Of a stretch of DNA of 64,000 nucleotides, positions 1-16,400 are shown in pieces. Source of the stretch: Nitrosopumilaceae archaeon (lineage in GTDB: Archaea; Thermoproteota; Nitrososphaeria; Nitrososphaerales; Nitrosopumilaceae); the NCBI GenBank assembly GCA_965209085.1, contig OZ242376.1, positions 704,001-768,000 of the forward strand. The letters run 5' to 3'. The stretch's first letter is position 1; each line of letters opens with the position of its first letter. Position numbers and translations under genes: made by a program. The notes under the pieces are model-generated. The model ran no database searches. It worked only from the letters and a program-made list of their open reading frames with translations, and had not been told where the DNA came from.

Positions 1-3000
1 ATAACACAAGATAATCTTACAGGTGAGAACCTTATCATAGATACAATACCGCCCCTGTTATACCTGTATGGTGCAAACAATACAGTATCTCCCCTTGGTG
101 CCACATACGCCGATGATGGAGCATACTCGTACGATACATCATACGGCAAACAGAATGTATCAGGTACGGGTGCAGTTAATACAAACAGTGTTGCAGAATA
201 TGTGATAACATATGCCGTATCGGATTGGGCAGGCAACCAAAGGCAAATAACAAGAACCATCAGCGTGGAAATACTGCCAGAGATCTCACTGACAAATCAG
301 ATATACAGTTTCCTAGCATCCCCTACATCAAATGTAACAAAATCTGCAGCATATCCGCATCTAAAGGATCCGCGCAATCTTGAAATTGCCCAAATAGGCG
401 GCACTACATACGCACTGGCAATAGGTTATGGCGGTAGTAGCATTACAATCTTGGACATTAGTTACCCGCAATCACCTAGTCTGGTATTTAGCGCAAATAC
501 GAGCACTGCAAACTATGAAAACCTAAATGGCGTAATTGGCATATCTGTAATCCAAATACAATCTAAAACGTATGCAGTGACAGCATCATTGTTTTCCAAC
601 AGTGTTACAATGATGGATATTACAAACCCTGCCTCACCTATTGTAACATCTAGCATTGTAAACGGCACAAATTACCCGTTCCTTGATGTACCGTATTCAG
701 TCTCCACAGTCCATATAGATAACAACGCATATGCCCTGGTACCCTCGTATCCAAACAACTGGGTTGCAATTTTAGATATTACAAATCCTGCATCCCCCAT
801 ACACGTGGGAGTCATGAAAAACGGCACAGACTATGCATTAAATGGCGTACAATACGTTACAACAGTAAACATTGATGGCTCAACGTATGTCCTAGCTGCG
901 TCACGTAATGGAAATAATATTGCAATAATCAACATTAGCAATCCGGCATCCCCGGTCCAGGTGCATGTCATAAGTGATAGTAATGGTGTAGATTTGGAGC
1001 TATATCATGTTATTAGAATTGAGATTCTCCACCAAAATGGCCGCATATACGCCCTGGCAACAGGCGGTGATAATGGAGTGCAAATCATAGACATTACGCA
1101 TATAGAGTTGCCATTCCCCGTCTCAGCTGTACAAAACGAAAACGGATATCCGGCACTTGTCTTAGCGCAGGATATTGCAACAATACGTGTGGGAAATTCA
1201 ACATATGCCCTTGCACCATCCAAACCTGCCAATGCAGTACAAATCATCGATATTACAAATCCCCAATTGCCGCAACCAGTATCTGCCATAGGATCAAATA
1301 CGGATACATCATATCTTAACGATCCATATGCTATTGAAACTGTAACGATAAACGGCGATGCATACGCTGTTGTAACCTCACGTACAAGTAATGGCGTGCA
1401 AATCATAAAACTTGAACATGCGATAGAATCAATACCGTCGGCATTTTCAATTGCTAGCAACAACTCAAATAATGCGTACGCCAAAGCCGGAGATACAATT
1501 TCCATGCAACTTGCCGTAAACGATACCATATCCTCATATGCGGTGCAATTTGTAAACCCGTCAGTATCTGTCACTACAACCTCTGGTATAAACACGATAA
1601 ACGCACTAGTTACAATTCCAACTGTAAGCATACAAGGATATGCAAACTATACTGTTTCACTTGAAAACTCTCTCAAAGTAACGCTCAATCTGACACAAGA
1701 TGATATTATAGGCCAAAACGTGTTTGTTGATACAATACCTCCGGGAATAGAGTTGATTGGACCAGCACAGTATACAGTATTTGTAGGCACACAAAACCCA
1801 ACCATTCCAGGTGCCAAGGCACTAGATGAGAGTCCAGGTTATTCTGTATCAAATTATACTGTAGCATCAGACCCGCTTAATACAAGTAATATTGGAGATA
1901 CTGTCACATATACATACACAGCTAATGCTGATGCGGCAGGAAACTTGGGAGCTAGCATCAACCGCACAGTAACGGTGGTCGATTTTGATCCAATCATCTT
2001 CACATCACTGATCGTGAACAGTGACAATTCAAACTCTAGTTATGTAAAGTCTGGCGATGTGATAACAATCACGCTTGTAACTGACGGATCTGATATTGGA
2101 AACGCAACAGGTGACATACTTGGAGACAGCTTTACAGCATTTGCATCCGGCGGCAGCATATCCTTAACAAAGACTGTAACACAAAGTGATACAAACGGTA
2201 ACCTCACATTTGACATATATGTGACAAATTCCACAGACCATGCAATCCGTATAACACAAGATAATCTTACAGGCGAGAACCTTATCATAGATACCATACC
2301 GCCCCTGTTATACCTGTATGGTGCAAACAATACAGTATCTCCCCTTGGTGCCACATACGCCGATGATGGAGCATACTCGTACGATACATCATACGGCAAA
2401 CAGAATGTATCAGGTACGGGTGCAGTTAATACAAACAGTGTTGCAGAATATGTGATAACATATGCCGTATCGGATTGGGCAGGCAACCAAAGGCAAATAA
2501 CAAGAACCATCAGCGTGGAAATACTGCCAGAGATCTCACTGACAAATCAGATATACAGTTTCCTAGCATCCCCTACATCAAATGTAACAAAATCTGCAGC
2601 ATATCCGCATCTAAAGGATCCGCGCAATCTTGAAATTGCCCAAATAGGCGGCACTACATACGCACTGGCAATAGGTTATGGCGGTAGTAGCATTACAATC
2701 TTGGACATTAGTGACCCGCAATCACCTAGTCTGGTATTTAGCGCAAATACGAGCACTGCAAACTATGAAAACCTAAATGGCGTAATTGGCATATCTGTAA
2801 TCCAAATACAATCTAAAACGTATGCAGTGACAGCATCATTGTTTTCCAACAGTGTTACAATGATGGATATTACAAACCCTGCCTCACCTATTGTAACATC
2901 TAGCATTGTAAACGGCACAAATTACCCGTTCCTTAATGTACCGTATTCAGTCTCCACAGTCCATATAGATAACAACGCATATGCCCTGGTACCCTCGTAT

Positions 3001-4485
3001 CCAAACAACTGGGTTGCAATTTTAGATATTACAAATCCTGCATCCCCCATACACGTGGGAGTCATGAAAAACGGCACAGACTATGCATTAAATGGCGTAC
3101 AATACGTTACAACAGTAAACATTGATGGCTCAACGTATGTCCTAGCTGCGTCACGTAGTGGAAATAATATTGCAATAATCAACATTAGCAATCCGGCATC
3201 CCCGGTCCAGGTGCATGTCATAAGTGATAGTAATGGTGTAGATTTGGAGCTATATCATGTTATTAGAATTGAGATTCTCCACCAAAATGGCCGCATATAC
3301 GCCCTGGCAACAGGCGGTGATAGCGGAGTGCAAATCATAGACATTACGCATATGGAGTTGCCATTCCCCGTCTCAGCTGTACAAAACGAAAACGGATATC
3401 CGGCACTTGTCTTAGCGCGGGATATTGCAACAATACGTGTGGAAAATTCAACATATGCCCTTGCACCATCAGACTCTACCAATGCAGTACAAATCATCGA
3501 TATTACCAATCCCCAATTGCCGCAACCAGTATCTGCCATAGGATCAAATACGGATACATCATATCTTGCCGATCCATATGCTATTGAAACTGTAACGATA
3601 AACGGCGATGCATACGCTGTTGTAACCTCACGTACAAGTAATGGCGTGCAAATCATAAAACTTGAACATGCGATAGAATCAATACCGTCGGCATTTTCAA
3701 TTGCTAGCAACAACTCAAATAATGCGTACGCCAAAGCCGGAGATACAATTTCCATGCAACTTGCCGTAAACGATACCATATCCTCATATGCGGTGCAATT
3801 TGTAAACCCGTCAGTATCTGTCACTACAACCTCTGGTATAAACACGATAAACGCACTAGTTACAATTCCAACTGTAAGCATACAAGGATATGCAAACTAT
3901 ACTGTTTCACTTGAAAACTCTTTTGGAGTAGAGCTCAATCTGACACAAGATGATATTATAGGCCAAAACGTGTTTGTTGATACAATACCTCCAAGAATAG
4001 AGTTGATTGGACCAGCACAGTATACAGTATTTGTAGGCACACAAAACCCAACCATTCCAGGTGCCAAGGCACTAGATGAGAGTCCAGGTTATTCTGTATC
4101 AAATTATACTGTAACATTTGGCCCGCTTAATACAAGTAATATTGGAGATACTGTCACATATACATACACAGCTAATGCTGATGCGGCAGGAAACTTGGGA
4201 GCTAGCATCAACCGCACAGTAACGGTGGTCGATTTTGATCCAATCATCTTCACATCACTGATCGTGAACAGTGACAATTCAAACTCTAGTTATGTAAAGT
4301 CTGGCGATGTGATAACAATCACGCTTGTAACTGACGGATCTGATATTGGAAACGCAACAGGTGACATACTTGGAGACAGCTTTACAGCATTTGCATCCGG
4401 CGGCAGCATATCCTTAACAAAGACTGTAACACAAAGTGATACAAACGGCAACCTCACATTTGACATATATGTGACAAATTCCAGC
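1..4485 (+). repeat. 2250-bp (750-aa) tandem repeat, about two near-identical copies visible
   Basis: Base 1 (ataacacaagataatcttacagg) recurs at 2251. The copies differ at roughly 30 nt by eye. Confidence 0.95.
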
Positions 4486-7400
4486 GATTACGCAATCAGA
4501 GTTACACAAGATGACCTGACTAGTGGGAATATCATCATAGATACAACGGCGCCAAACATAACACTCAACGGTGCAAACAATACCGTATCCCTACTGAATC
4601 GTACGTATGCGGATAAAAATGCAACAGCATATGATCTCTCATACGGCTATAAAACCATCCTGCCAACAGGATCTGTGACCACAACTAGTGTGGGAAACTA
4701 TACCCTCACCTATACTGCACCTGATGATCCTGCAGGAAATCCAGGTAACACCATATCCCGTACTGTGATTGTTTCGGATGCGGCGCCGTTGGTGCTTGTA
4801 ACTAAATTTATCCACTCTCCGAGTGGAACACTAACAAGAGGTATTGATTTTCCAAACGCGATATTTACTAATAACATCAATCTGTTTGAAACAAGTGGTA
4901 AAACATATGTCTTGTTAGCGCATGGATCTAGCGGAGCATGGATTATTGCAGACGTTACAAATCCTGCATCACCTAGTGCAGTATTTAGTAATAACACTTT
5001 CGCATCTGCATACATAACATCAATCTTTACAATAGATAATAACCCATATGCCATAGCTGTAGGTAGTACCGGTACTACTCGTATAATTGACATTAGCTTA
5101 CCTGCATCCCCCTCTGTTATTGCAACACTTGTAAACGGCACAGAGTATCCGCGACTATACAATGCACTAGGCGTTACAACCGTAACAATAGGCGCCTCAA
5201 CTTTTGCACTGGTTGCATCAGGTAATCCTTCAAACGGCGTCCAAATCATAGACATTACAAACCCCCACAGCCCCTCACCTGTATCATACATCACCGATGA
5301 TACGGATGGTTATTTGGAACTAGGAGGCGCATTTGACATTACCACCGTAACTATAGGATCATCAGTTTATGCCTTGGTGGCATCCATCACTGATGATGGC
5401 GTCCAAATCATAAACATTACAGACCCATACAACCCATCAAATACATCAAGCGTAACAGACGGAAATGAAGGCTATGATAAACTAGATGGTGCATATGGCA
5501 TCACCACCGTAACTGTAGGATCATCAGTTTATGCCTTGGTGGCATCCTTTATTGATGATGGCGTCCAAATCATAAACATTACAGACCCATACAACCCATC
5601 AAATGCATCAAGTGCAACAGACGGAATAGGCGGCTATGATACACTAGATGGTCCAGACAGCATCACCACCGTAACTGTAGGATCATCAGTTTATGCCTTG
5701 GTGGTATCCATTTTTGATGAAGGCATCCAAACAATAGACATTACAAACCCCTACAACCCCAAACCTGCATATTCTTTCATAGATAATACTGATGGTTATG
5801 AAAATCTGAATCAACCACGAGATGTCATTACTGCAACCATAAATGGCGCAGCATATGCATTTATACCCGCAACTGAGGGTCTCCAAATAATAAAACTGGA
5901 ATCACCACCGGTTAACATAATTAGCAACAATACAAATCCAGCATATGCCAAAACAGGCGACACACTCACCATACAATTTACCATAAATGATACAATCTCA
6001 TCTCATACAAGCCAAATACTGGGATTAACCCCCGCCGTATCCATAAGCGGTGCAGATTTTAGTGCAACAATAACCGTACCTCCTGTACAAACTGAATCGT
6101 ATGCAACCTTTGCAGCAGAGGTTGTAAACAATGATGGCGCAACCCTATCTGTGACAGAAAACGACGTACCACTAGCCTCCAACGTATTCATCGACACAAT
6201 TGGACCTAGAATATCACTCATCGGCGCCTCATCTTTTACGGTAATTTTGAATTCAACTGATCCGTTCATCCCTGGTGCAATCATAACTGATGGGGACCCA
6301 AACTATCCGAATACCTTTACTATCACAATCAACGGCACTTTGGACACTGGCGTGATAAACTCTACAGTAACGTACACGTATACTGCTGCAGCAGATGGGG
6401 CAGGGAATGCCGGTTCTAGTGTAACACGAACAGTTACAGTGGTTGAGGCTGAACCAATTACAATCAACTCGCTGACTATTGCAAGCTCGTCAGGCACCAA
6501 TTATGCAAATGCAAACAAAACCATAACCGTCACACTTGCCACTGATGGTTCGGATCTTGGCAACTTTACTGGAACACTGCTTGGCAGATCATTTACAAAT
6601 ACTACAAACGGCGGCTCTGCTGAATTTACTGCCACTGTCGTATCCGGCGATGATGGAAATGCCACGTTTTCAATTACCGTGACAAACTCTAGTGGCAGCC
6701 AAATTTCAATAACAAATGCAAACATCACAGACGGCTCATATGTCACAATAGATACGATAAAACCCGTAATTGCCCTGACTGGAGGCAATGATTCTGTACT
6801 CCAGGGTGAGACATATCAGGATCCGGGCACCATAGTATCAGATAGTAACAATGCATCATATGCCGGTCCAGTATCTGCCTCATCAATTGACACCTCTACA
6901 CTTGGCGCAAAAACCATTACCTATACTGGCACAGCAGATGCGGCAGGTAACGAGCCGAATCAAATAACTAGAACAGTTACAGTATTGGCAAAACCTCTGG
7001 GTATAAATTCGCTGACAATTGAATCAAATAACAATGTAAACACCTCTTTTGCCAAAGACGGGGATGTGATTACAGTAACGCTTGTTGCAAACGGCACGAT
7101 TGGTAATGTTACAGGGGTAATTGCAGGCAATTCTGCTACATACACTGTCACCGGCAATAATGCATCAGCTACGGTAACAGTTGATGGAACCTTTACTGAT
7201 ACTGCCAGCGTCACATTTTCGATTACCGTATACAACGAGGATAATTCCACATTTAGAACATTTACAAATACAAATCTGACTGGATCAAATATTGCCATAG
7301 ATACAACTGCACCTAGTATAACATTAAACGGTGCAAACAACACCATTGTTATCATGAATCAACCATATGAGGATCCAAACGCCACAGCATCTGATACATC

Positions 7401-10400
7401 ATATGCAACAGGTAGCGTACAGGTATCCGGAGCTGGCAATGTAAATACCGCAATAGTTGGCAATTATACCCTCACCTATACTGCACCTGATGATTATGCA
7501 GGCAATACAGGACCTATCATAACACGGACTGTTATCGTACCGGATGCACCGACAATTAACATTACCAACTTTACCATAACATCTGACAATTCCAATACAT
7601 CATACGCTAAAGCCGGTGATACACTGACTCTAACGTTAAGTGTAAATGATACCATTACAAACTATACGGGTAAAATTCTAAATATTGCCCCTGATACTCA
7701 AACTCTTGGCAACAATGATCGTACATTCTCTCAAACTTTACTAGTTCCAACTAGTGCAACCGAATCATACGCCAACTTTACTGCTACGGTTGAAAATGTC
7801 AACGGAACAACACTGACTGTGACCGAAAACGATCTAACCGGTCCCAACGTATTTGTCGACACCATACCTCCAAACATAACCCTGATAGGACTTGCAGACA
7901 GTGACATAGTTTTAAACAGCGCATATACTGATCTAGGTGCCACTGCAAGAGACGGGGATCCAAACTATTCTGGCAATTATACCTCTACAATAAACGGCAC
8001 ATTTGGTACTGCAACACTTGGTGCAATCTACGAATACACGTATACAGCGGATGCTGATGCTGCAGGCAATCCTGGAGATAGCGTAAATAGAACTGTAACT
8101 GTAGTCAATCTCCCATTTGGACTGTACGACATACAATACAATCTTACAGTATACCCAATATACGACATACATGATAGTACGAGCGTCAACCCGACTGATT
8201 ATAACACATTAAAAGGTGCAATCGATTCAAGTATTGTACGGATAAACAATTCTATATACGTATTGGTTGCAGCATTCGTTGACGACGGCGTACAAATTAT
8301 AAATATCACAGATCCAGAATCTCCAGAATCAGTATATGATATAAATTCTGTTAATGGATTTGGAAACTTGGATCAAATTACAGACATTGTTACTACTCAA
8401 ATTGATGGTTTTACATACGCATTGACCATATCTAATGCCCTTAATGAAATTCAAATTATAAACATTACAAACATTTCATTACCTGTTTCACTGGACACCC
8501 TGCGTGATGATGCTAGTACCATACTTGATGACCCGCGCGGCATTGACGTTGCACAAATAGGAAATCACACATATGTGCTGGTGGCATCGAGTACTGATAA
8601 TGGCATACAAATCATAAACATCACAGATCCTACATCTTTGCAACCTGTATCTAACATAACTGACTCTGTTAACCTAAACTCTACATCAGCCGTTTCCATA
8701 GTCAAAATAGACGGCCACACATATGCCATAGTCGCCGCCCGTTATGCTAATGCCATACAAATCATAAACATTACAAATCCCAGCTCGCCGGACATTGTAT
8801 CTAATGCAACATATGCTGCAGGTTATGCGGGATTATCCGATGTATTTGATGTTGACACGATCAAAATAAATGGATTCACTTATGCGGTAACGACATCCAA
8901 GGGTAATAATGGAATTGAAATTATAAACATCACAGATCCTTTACTCCCTGCCCGTATTTCAAACATACCTAATCCTAGCGAATTTATATTTGGACACGAC
9001 ATTTCTACGATGCATCTAGATGGACTCTCGTATGTACTAGCATCGTCATTTAGGAACGATACTGTTGCAATATTGGACATATCAGATCCAACATCTCCAT
9101 TCATCGCGGCCAATATATCTGACGGGGAAGAATATCCTGGACTAGATGGTCCGCACAGCGTTATCCCAGTTGAAATAAATGGCTATTCATATGCTGTGGT
9201 GGCATCAGAATTTGACAATGGCGTACAAATTATACGCCTTGCACATAACACCACTGCCGTACAGCTGCCAAATTTCATTACCAACACCACTGCCGTACAG
9301 CTGCCAAATTTCATTACCAACACCAATGCCAACAGCTCGTATGCCAAAGCTGGCGATAATCTGACCATTCAAATAAATGCAAATTATGAGATAACCTCGC
9401 ACAATGTTACTATTTTAACTCCCGGATTAAATCATACAAATGTTAGCAATGGGGACCGTCTGAATGTATCAATAACAATACCTGACGACCCTCTGATAGA
9501 AAGCTACCTAAACTTTACAATTACAATTTCAAACTATAATTCATCACTTGTACTCACGCAAAACAATCTGACTGGAGGGGACATATTCATCGACAACATA
9601 CAGCCGACTATATCTTTGGTGAATTTTTCAAATTACACTGTACTTCGGAATGGCCTAAATCAGTCAATTCCGGGAGCTGTTGCAAATGACGGCAGCCCAG
9701 GATATGCGGGCAATTATACGGTAAAGACAAATGACACGCTTAATACAAGGATCTTGGATCACACTGTTCTTTACACGTATACAGCAGATGAGGATGCTGC
9801 AGGTAATCCTGGAGCAAGCATAGATAGAACGGTTACTGTAGTTAATCCATCAATTGGAGTGCACGACGTACAATATAATTTTACAGTATATCCTGTATCA
9901 GTTTTATTTGATGATAATCTGAATGCATTACAGGGCGTCAAAGATGTAAGCACTATAAAAATAAACGGTTCCACATATGCTTTGGTTACCGTATCTGGTG
10001 ACAACATCATACAAATTATCAACATTACCGACCCAGCATCTCCGGAAATTGTAACCGCGATAGCTAATACTGAAAATTTTGCGATTCGTACTTTTATTGA
10101 TGAAATTGTCACACTCCAAATTGATGGTTTTGCATATGCACTATATGCATCGTTTAATAATAATACATTACAAATTATAAACATTACAAATATTTCGTCT
10201 CCCAATACATTAAACGTCATACGCGATAATTCAACTTTGATCCTCAACCGCACTGGTCAAATTGACATCGCAATAATAGAAAATCATACGTATGCACTAG
10301 TAACATCACTTGAAGATAACGGTATTCAAATCATAAACATTACAAATCCTGAATTTCCTAGCATAACGTCTAACATAACTGGCCGTTTATTTGAAGAACC

Positions 10401-13400
10401 ATTTGCATTATCTGTAGTCAAAATAGATGACTACACATATGTTTTGACTGCCAATTTTCTCAGAGATAACATCCGTATCACAAACATCACCAATCCAAAA
10501 TTCCCTGAATTGGTAGGAGTGTATCCGAGTGTAATTGGTTATCACGGAATAGCTTCTATTGATTCGTATAATATAGATGGATCAACATATGCGGTAACAG
10601 GAGCATCCATTAGTAACAAAATTGAAATTATAAACATCACAAAACCATTATTCTATACGCATGATTTACAATTATTTGATGCCCCAGGTTACTTTTTGGA
10701 TATTAGCATAACACAACTAGATGGTCGTTCATACCTCATAGCATTATCGCCATATAATGACACCGTTACTATATTTGATATATCCGATCCGGAACTACCG
10801 TACGTTGCAGCTAGTATATCAGACGGATTAGAATACACAATACTGAATAAACCGTCTAGCCTTGACTTCTTTGAAATAAATGGCTATTCATATGCTTTGG
10901 TGACAGCAACAGATGACAACGGTATACAAATTATACGACTCGAGTATGCATCTAGTACCCCATTGCCAATTTTAATTACTAGTGATAACGCCAACAGCTC
11001 GTTTGCTAGAAGCGGCGATGTATTGACCGTCGAAATAAATGCAAACGACACCATAACCTCATATAATGCTGTAATTTTAGATCCTACGTTAAATACTACA
11101 GTTACATTAGTTGGGGAGAACCGCCTGATAGCATCAGTCATCGTACCGTTTGAGTATGCAGGAGGTAGCGCCACTTTTAACATTATAATTAGAAATCCTA
11201 CCTCGTCCTTTGCCGTAACTCAAAATGATCTTACAGGAAAAAATGTATTTATGGCCATTGCAGTGGTAAATTTGACAATATCTAGCAACAACCATGATCC
11301 ATCGTTTGCAAAGGTCGGAGATGTGATAGACATCACCCTGCAGGTAACAGCACAAATCCAAAATGCAACCCTGATAATTCTAAACAACACCATCAACATG
11401 AACGTAACAAATGATACAGCATCTGCAAACGTCACGATTCTGCAAAACTCTGTAAACGGACCTGTATCGTTTAACATTACTGCATATGATAATATCGGTA
11501 ACAGGTTTACCATAACGCAGGCCAATCTTACATCCAACAATGTTACAATCGATACAATCGATCCTCTTTTGGTAAACCTGACCATATACAGCGACAACTA
11601 CAACTCGTCGCTTGCAACCACGGGCAACACGCTAAACATTACAATTACTGCAAACGAGACCCTCTCTTTTGCAAACATTACGGTTCTAGGCAACACCCAT
11701 GTGATGAGTGTAAACGGCAGTACGGCAAATACAACCCTGACTGTAAATGACAGCCATGCAGAAGGACCTGTAACATTCAACATTACCGCATTTGATCTTG
11801 CAGGAAACAGCCTTGTAACAAACCAGACGCAGATAAACTCCTCAAATGTCACAATAGACAAAAGTACACCTGGCGTGAGCAATCTAACCGTATACAGCAG
11901 CAATCAGAATACGTCGCTTGCAAAGGCCGGAGATGTGATAAACATCACCCTGCGTGCATCTGAGCAAATCAACAATGTGACCCTGTCAATCCTCAACAGC
12001 ACCATTGCCATGAGCATAACAAACGATACTGCCACTGCAAACTATACGGTTGAACAAAATGACACAAACGGACCTGTATCATTTAGCATTACAGCATATG
12101 ATAACACTGGCAATACGCTTACCGTAACACAAAGCGACCTCACATCCGAGAATGTCATAACCGATACAATCAATCCGCAACTGGCAAACCTAACCATATA
12201 CAGCAGCAACCCTGATGCATCACTTGCAACCACAGGCGACACACTAAACATTACAATCACCGCAAACGAGGCACTACAGGGGGCAAACGTCACTGTTCTA
12301 AATGCCACATATGTGATGACCATAACCGGCACCTCAGCAAACATATCCCTGACGGTAAACCCTGCTCATCTGGATGGACAAGTCACCTTTAACATCACAA
12401 TCTTTGATCTTGCAGGAAACAGCCTGACGGCAAACCAGACAAATCTAAACTCCTCAAACGTCACAATTGACAGCACAAATCCACAGCTGACAAATCTAAC
12501 CGTATACAGCGGCAATCCGAATACATCGCTTGCAAAGGCCGGAGATGTGATAAACATCACCCTGCGTGCATCTGAGCAAATCAACAATGTGACCCTGTCA
12601 ATCCTCAACAGCACCATTGCCATGAGCATAACAAACGATACTGCCACTGCAAACTATACGGTTGCACAAAATGACACAAACGGACCTGTATCATTTAGCA
12701 TTGCAGCATATGATAACACTGGCAATACGCTTACCGTAACACAAAGCGACCTCACATCCGAGAATGTCATAACAGATACAATCAATCCGCAACTGGCAAA
12801 CCTAACCATATACAGCAGCAACCCTGATGCATCACTTGCAACCACAGGCGACACACTAAACATTACAATCACCGCAAACGAGGCACTACAGGGGGCAAAC
12901 GTCACTGTTCTAAATGCCACATATGTGATGACCATAAACGGCACCTCAGCAAACGTATCCCTGACGGTAAACCCTGCTCATCCGGATGGACAAGTCACCT
13001 TTAACATCACAGCCTTTGATCTTGCAGGAAACAGCCTTGTAACAAACCAGACGCAGCTAAACTCCTCAAATGTCACAATAGACAACACAAACCCCGAACT
13101 GACAAACCTGACCATATACAGCAGCAACCCTGATGCATCACTTGCAACCACAGGCGACACACTAAACATTACAATCACCGCAAACGAGGCACTACAGGGG
13201 GCAAATGTCACTGTTCTAAATGACACATATGTGATGACCATAAACGGCACCACGGCAAACGCATCCCTGACTGTAAATGCAAACAATACGGACGGACAAG
13301 TCACATTTAACATCACAGCATTTGATCTTGCAGGAAACAGCCTGACTGCAAACCAGACAAATCTAAACTCCTCAAACGTCACAATAGACAACACAAACCC

Positions 13401-16400
13401 CGAACTGACAAACCTGACCATATACAGCAGCAACTCTGATGCATCACTTGCAACCACAGGCGACACACTAAACATTACAATCACCGCAAACGAGGCACTA
13501 CAGGGGGCAAACGTCACTGTTCTAAATGCCACATATATGATGACCATAAACGGCACCACGGCAAACGCATCCCTGATTGTAAATGATACACATCCTGAAG
13601 GAATAGTGACCTTTAACATCACAGCATTTGATCTTGCAGGAAACAGCCTTGTAACAAACCAGACGCAGCTAAACTCATCAAACGTCACAATAGACAAAAG
13701 TATACCTGGCGTGAGCAATCTAACCGTATACAGTAGCAATCAGAATGCATCGTTTGCAAAGGCCGGAGATGTGATAAACATTACCCTGCGTGCATCAGAG
13801 CAAATCAACAATGTGACCCTGTCAATCCTCAACAGCGCCATCAACATGAGCATAACAAACGATACTGCCACTGCAAACTATACGGTTGAACAAAATGACA
13901 CAAACGGACCTGTATCATTTAACATTACAGCATATGATAATACTGGCAACAAGTTTATCGTAACACAAAGTAGCATTATAACCGGCAGCGTTACAATTGA
14001 TACAGCAGATCCGCAGCTGCAAACCCTGACCATATACAGCAGTAACTCTGATGCATCACTTGCAACCACAGGCGACACACTAAACATTACAATCACCGCA
14101 AACGAGGCACTACAGGGGGCAAACGTCACTGTTCTAAATGCCACATATGTGATGACCATAAACGGCACCACGGCAAACGCATCCCTGACTGTAAATGCAA
14201 ACAATACGGACGGACAAGTCACATTTAACATCACAGCATTTGATCTTGCAGGAAACAGCCTTGTAACAAACCAGACGCAGCTAAACTCCTCAAACGTCAC
14301 AATAGACAAAAGTATACCTGGCGTGAGCAATCTAACCGTATACAGCAGCAATCAGAATGCATCGTTTGCAAAGGCCGGAGATGTGATAAACATTACCCTG
14401 CGTGCATCAGAGCAAATCAACAATGTGACCCTGTTAATCCTCAACAGCGCCATCAACATGAACATAACAAACGATACTGCCACTGCAAACTATACGGTTG
14501 AACAAAATGACACAAACGGACCTGTATCATTTAACATTACAGCATATGATAATACTGGCCACGAGTTTATCGTAACACAAAGCAGCATTACAACCGGCAG
14601 CGTTACAATTGATACAGCAGATCCGCAGTTGCAAACCCTGACCATATACAGCAACAACCCCATAACCGATCATGCAAAAACGGGACATTTGCTAAACATT
14701 ACAATCACCGCAAACGAGGCACTACGGGGGGCAAACGTCACTGTTCTAAATGCCACATATGTGATGACCATAAACGGCACCACGGCAAACGCATCCCTGA
14801 CTGTAAATGCAAACAATACGGACGGACAAGTCACATTTAACATCACAGCATTTGATCTTGCAGGAAACAGCCTTGTAACAAACCAGACGCAGCTAAACTC
14901 CTCAAACGTCACAATAGACAACACAAACCCCGAACTGACAAACCTGACCATATACAGCAGCAACCCTGATGCATCACTTGCAACCACAGGCGACACACTA
15001 AACATTACAATCACCGCAAACGAGGCACTACAGGGGGCAAACGTCACTGTTCTAAATGCCACATATGTGATGACCATAAACGGCACCACGGCAAACGCAT
15101 CACTGACTGTAAATGCAAACAATACGGACGGACAAGTCACATTTAACATCACAGCATTTGATCTTGCAGGAAACAGCCTTGTAACAAACCAGACGCAGCT
15201 AAACTCCTCAAACGTCACAATAGACAAAAGTATACCTGGCGTGAGCAATCTAACCGTATACAGCAGCAATCAGAATGCATCGTTTGCAAAGGCCGGAGAT
15301 GTGATAAACATTACCCTGCGTGCATCAGAGCAAATCAACAATGTGACCCTGTTAATCCTCAACAGCGCCATCAACATGAACATAACAAACGATACTGCCA
15401 CTGCAAACTATACGGTTGAACAAAATGACACAAACGGACCTGTATCATTTAACATTACAGCATATGATAATACTGGCAACGAGTTTATCGTAACACAAAG
15501 CAGCATTACAACCCGCAGCGTTACAATTGATACAGCAGATCCGCAGTTGCAAACCCTGACCATATACAGCAACAACCCCATAACCGATCATGCAAAAACG
15601 GGACATTTGCTAAACATTACAATCACCGCAAACGAGGCACTACGGGGGGCAAACGTCACTGTTCTAAATGCCACATATGTGATGACCATAAACGGCACCA
15701 CGGCAAACGCATCCCTGACTGTAAATGCAAACAATACGGACGGACAAGTCACATTTAACATCACAGCATTTGATCTTGCAGGAAACAGCCTTGTAACAAA
15801 CCAGACGCAGCTAAACTCCTCAAACGTCACAATAGACAACACAAACCCCGAACTGACAAACCTGACCATATACAGCAGCAACCCTGATGCATCACTTGCA
15901 ACCACAGGCGACACACTAAACATTACAATCACCGCAAACGAGGCACTACAGGGGGCAAATGTCACTGTTCTAAATGACACATATGTGATGACCATAAACG
16001 GCACCACGGCAAACGCATCCCTGACTGTAAATGCAAACAATACGGACGGACAAGTCACATTTAACATCACAGCATTTGATCTTGCAGGAAACAGTCTGAC
16101 GACAAATCAGACGCATCTGGACTCTTCAAACGTCACAATAGATCACAGCATACCTGGAGTGGGCAGCCTGACCATATACAGCAGCAACGCCAATCAATCG
16201 CTTGCAAAAGCTGGAGACGTGATAAACATTACCCTGCAGGCAACAAAGCCAATCCAAAATGCAATCCTGATAATTCTAAACGACACCATCAACATGAACG
16301 TAACAAATGATACAGCCTCTGCCATCATCACGGTTCTACAAATCACCGCAAACGGACCTGTATCATTCAACATTACTGCGCATGACATTGTAGGCAACGC

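Noticed and set aside
1-4485. DGR-like template/variable repeat pair
   Set aside because: Only about half of the differences are at adenines of either copy, both copies are coding, and no reverse transcriptase is in the window.
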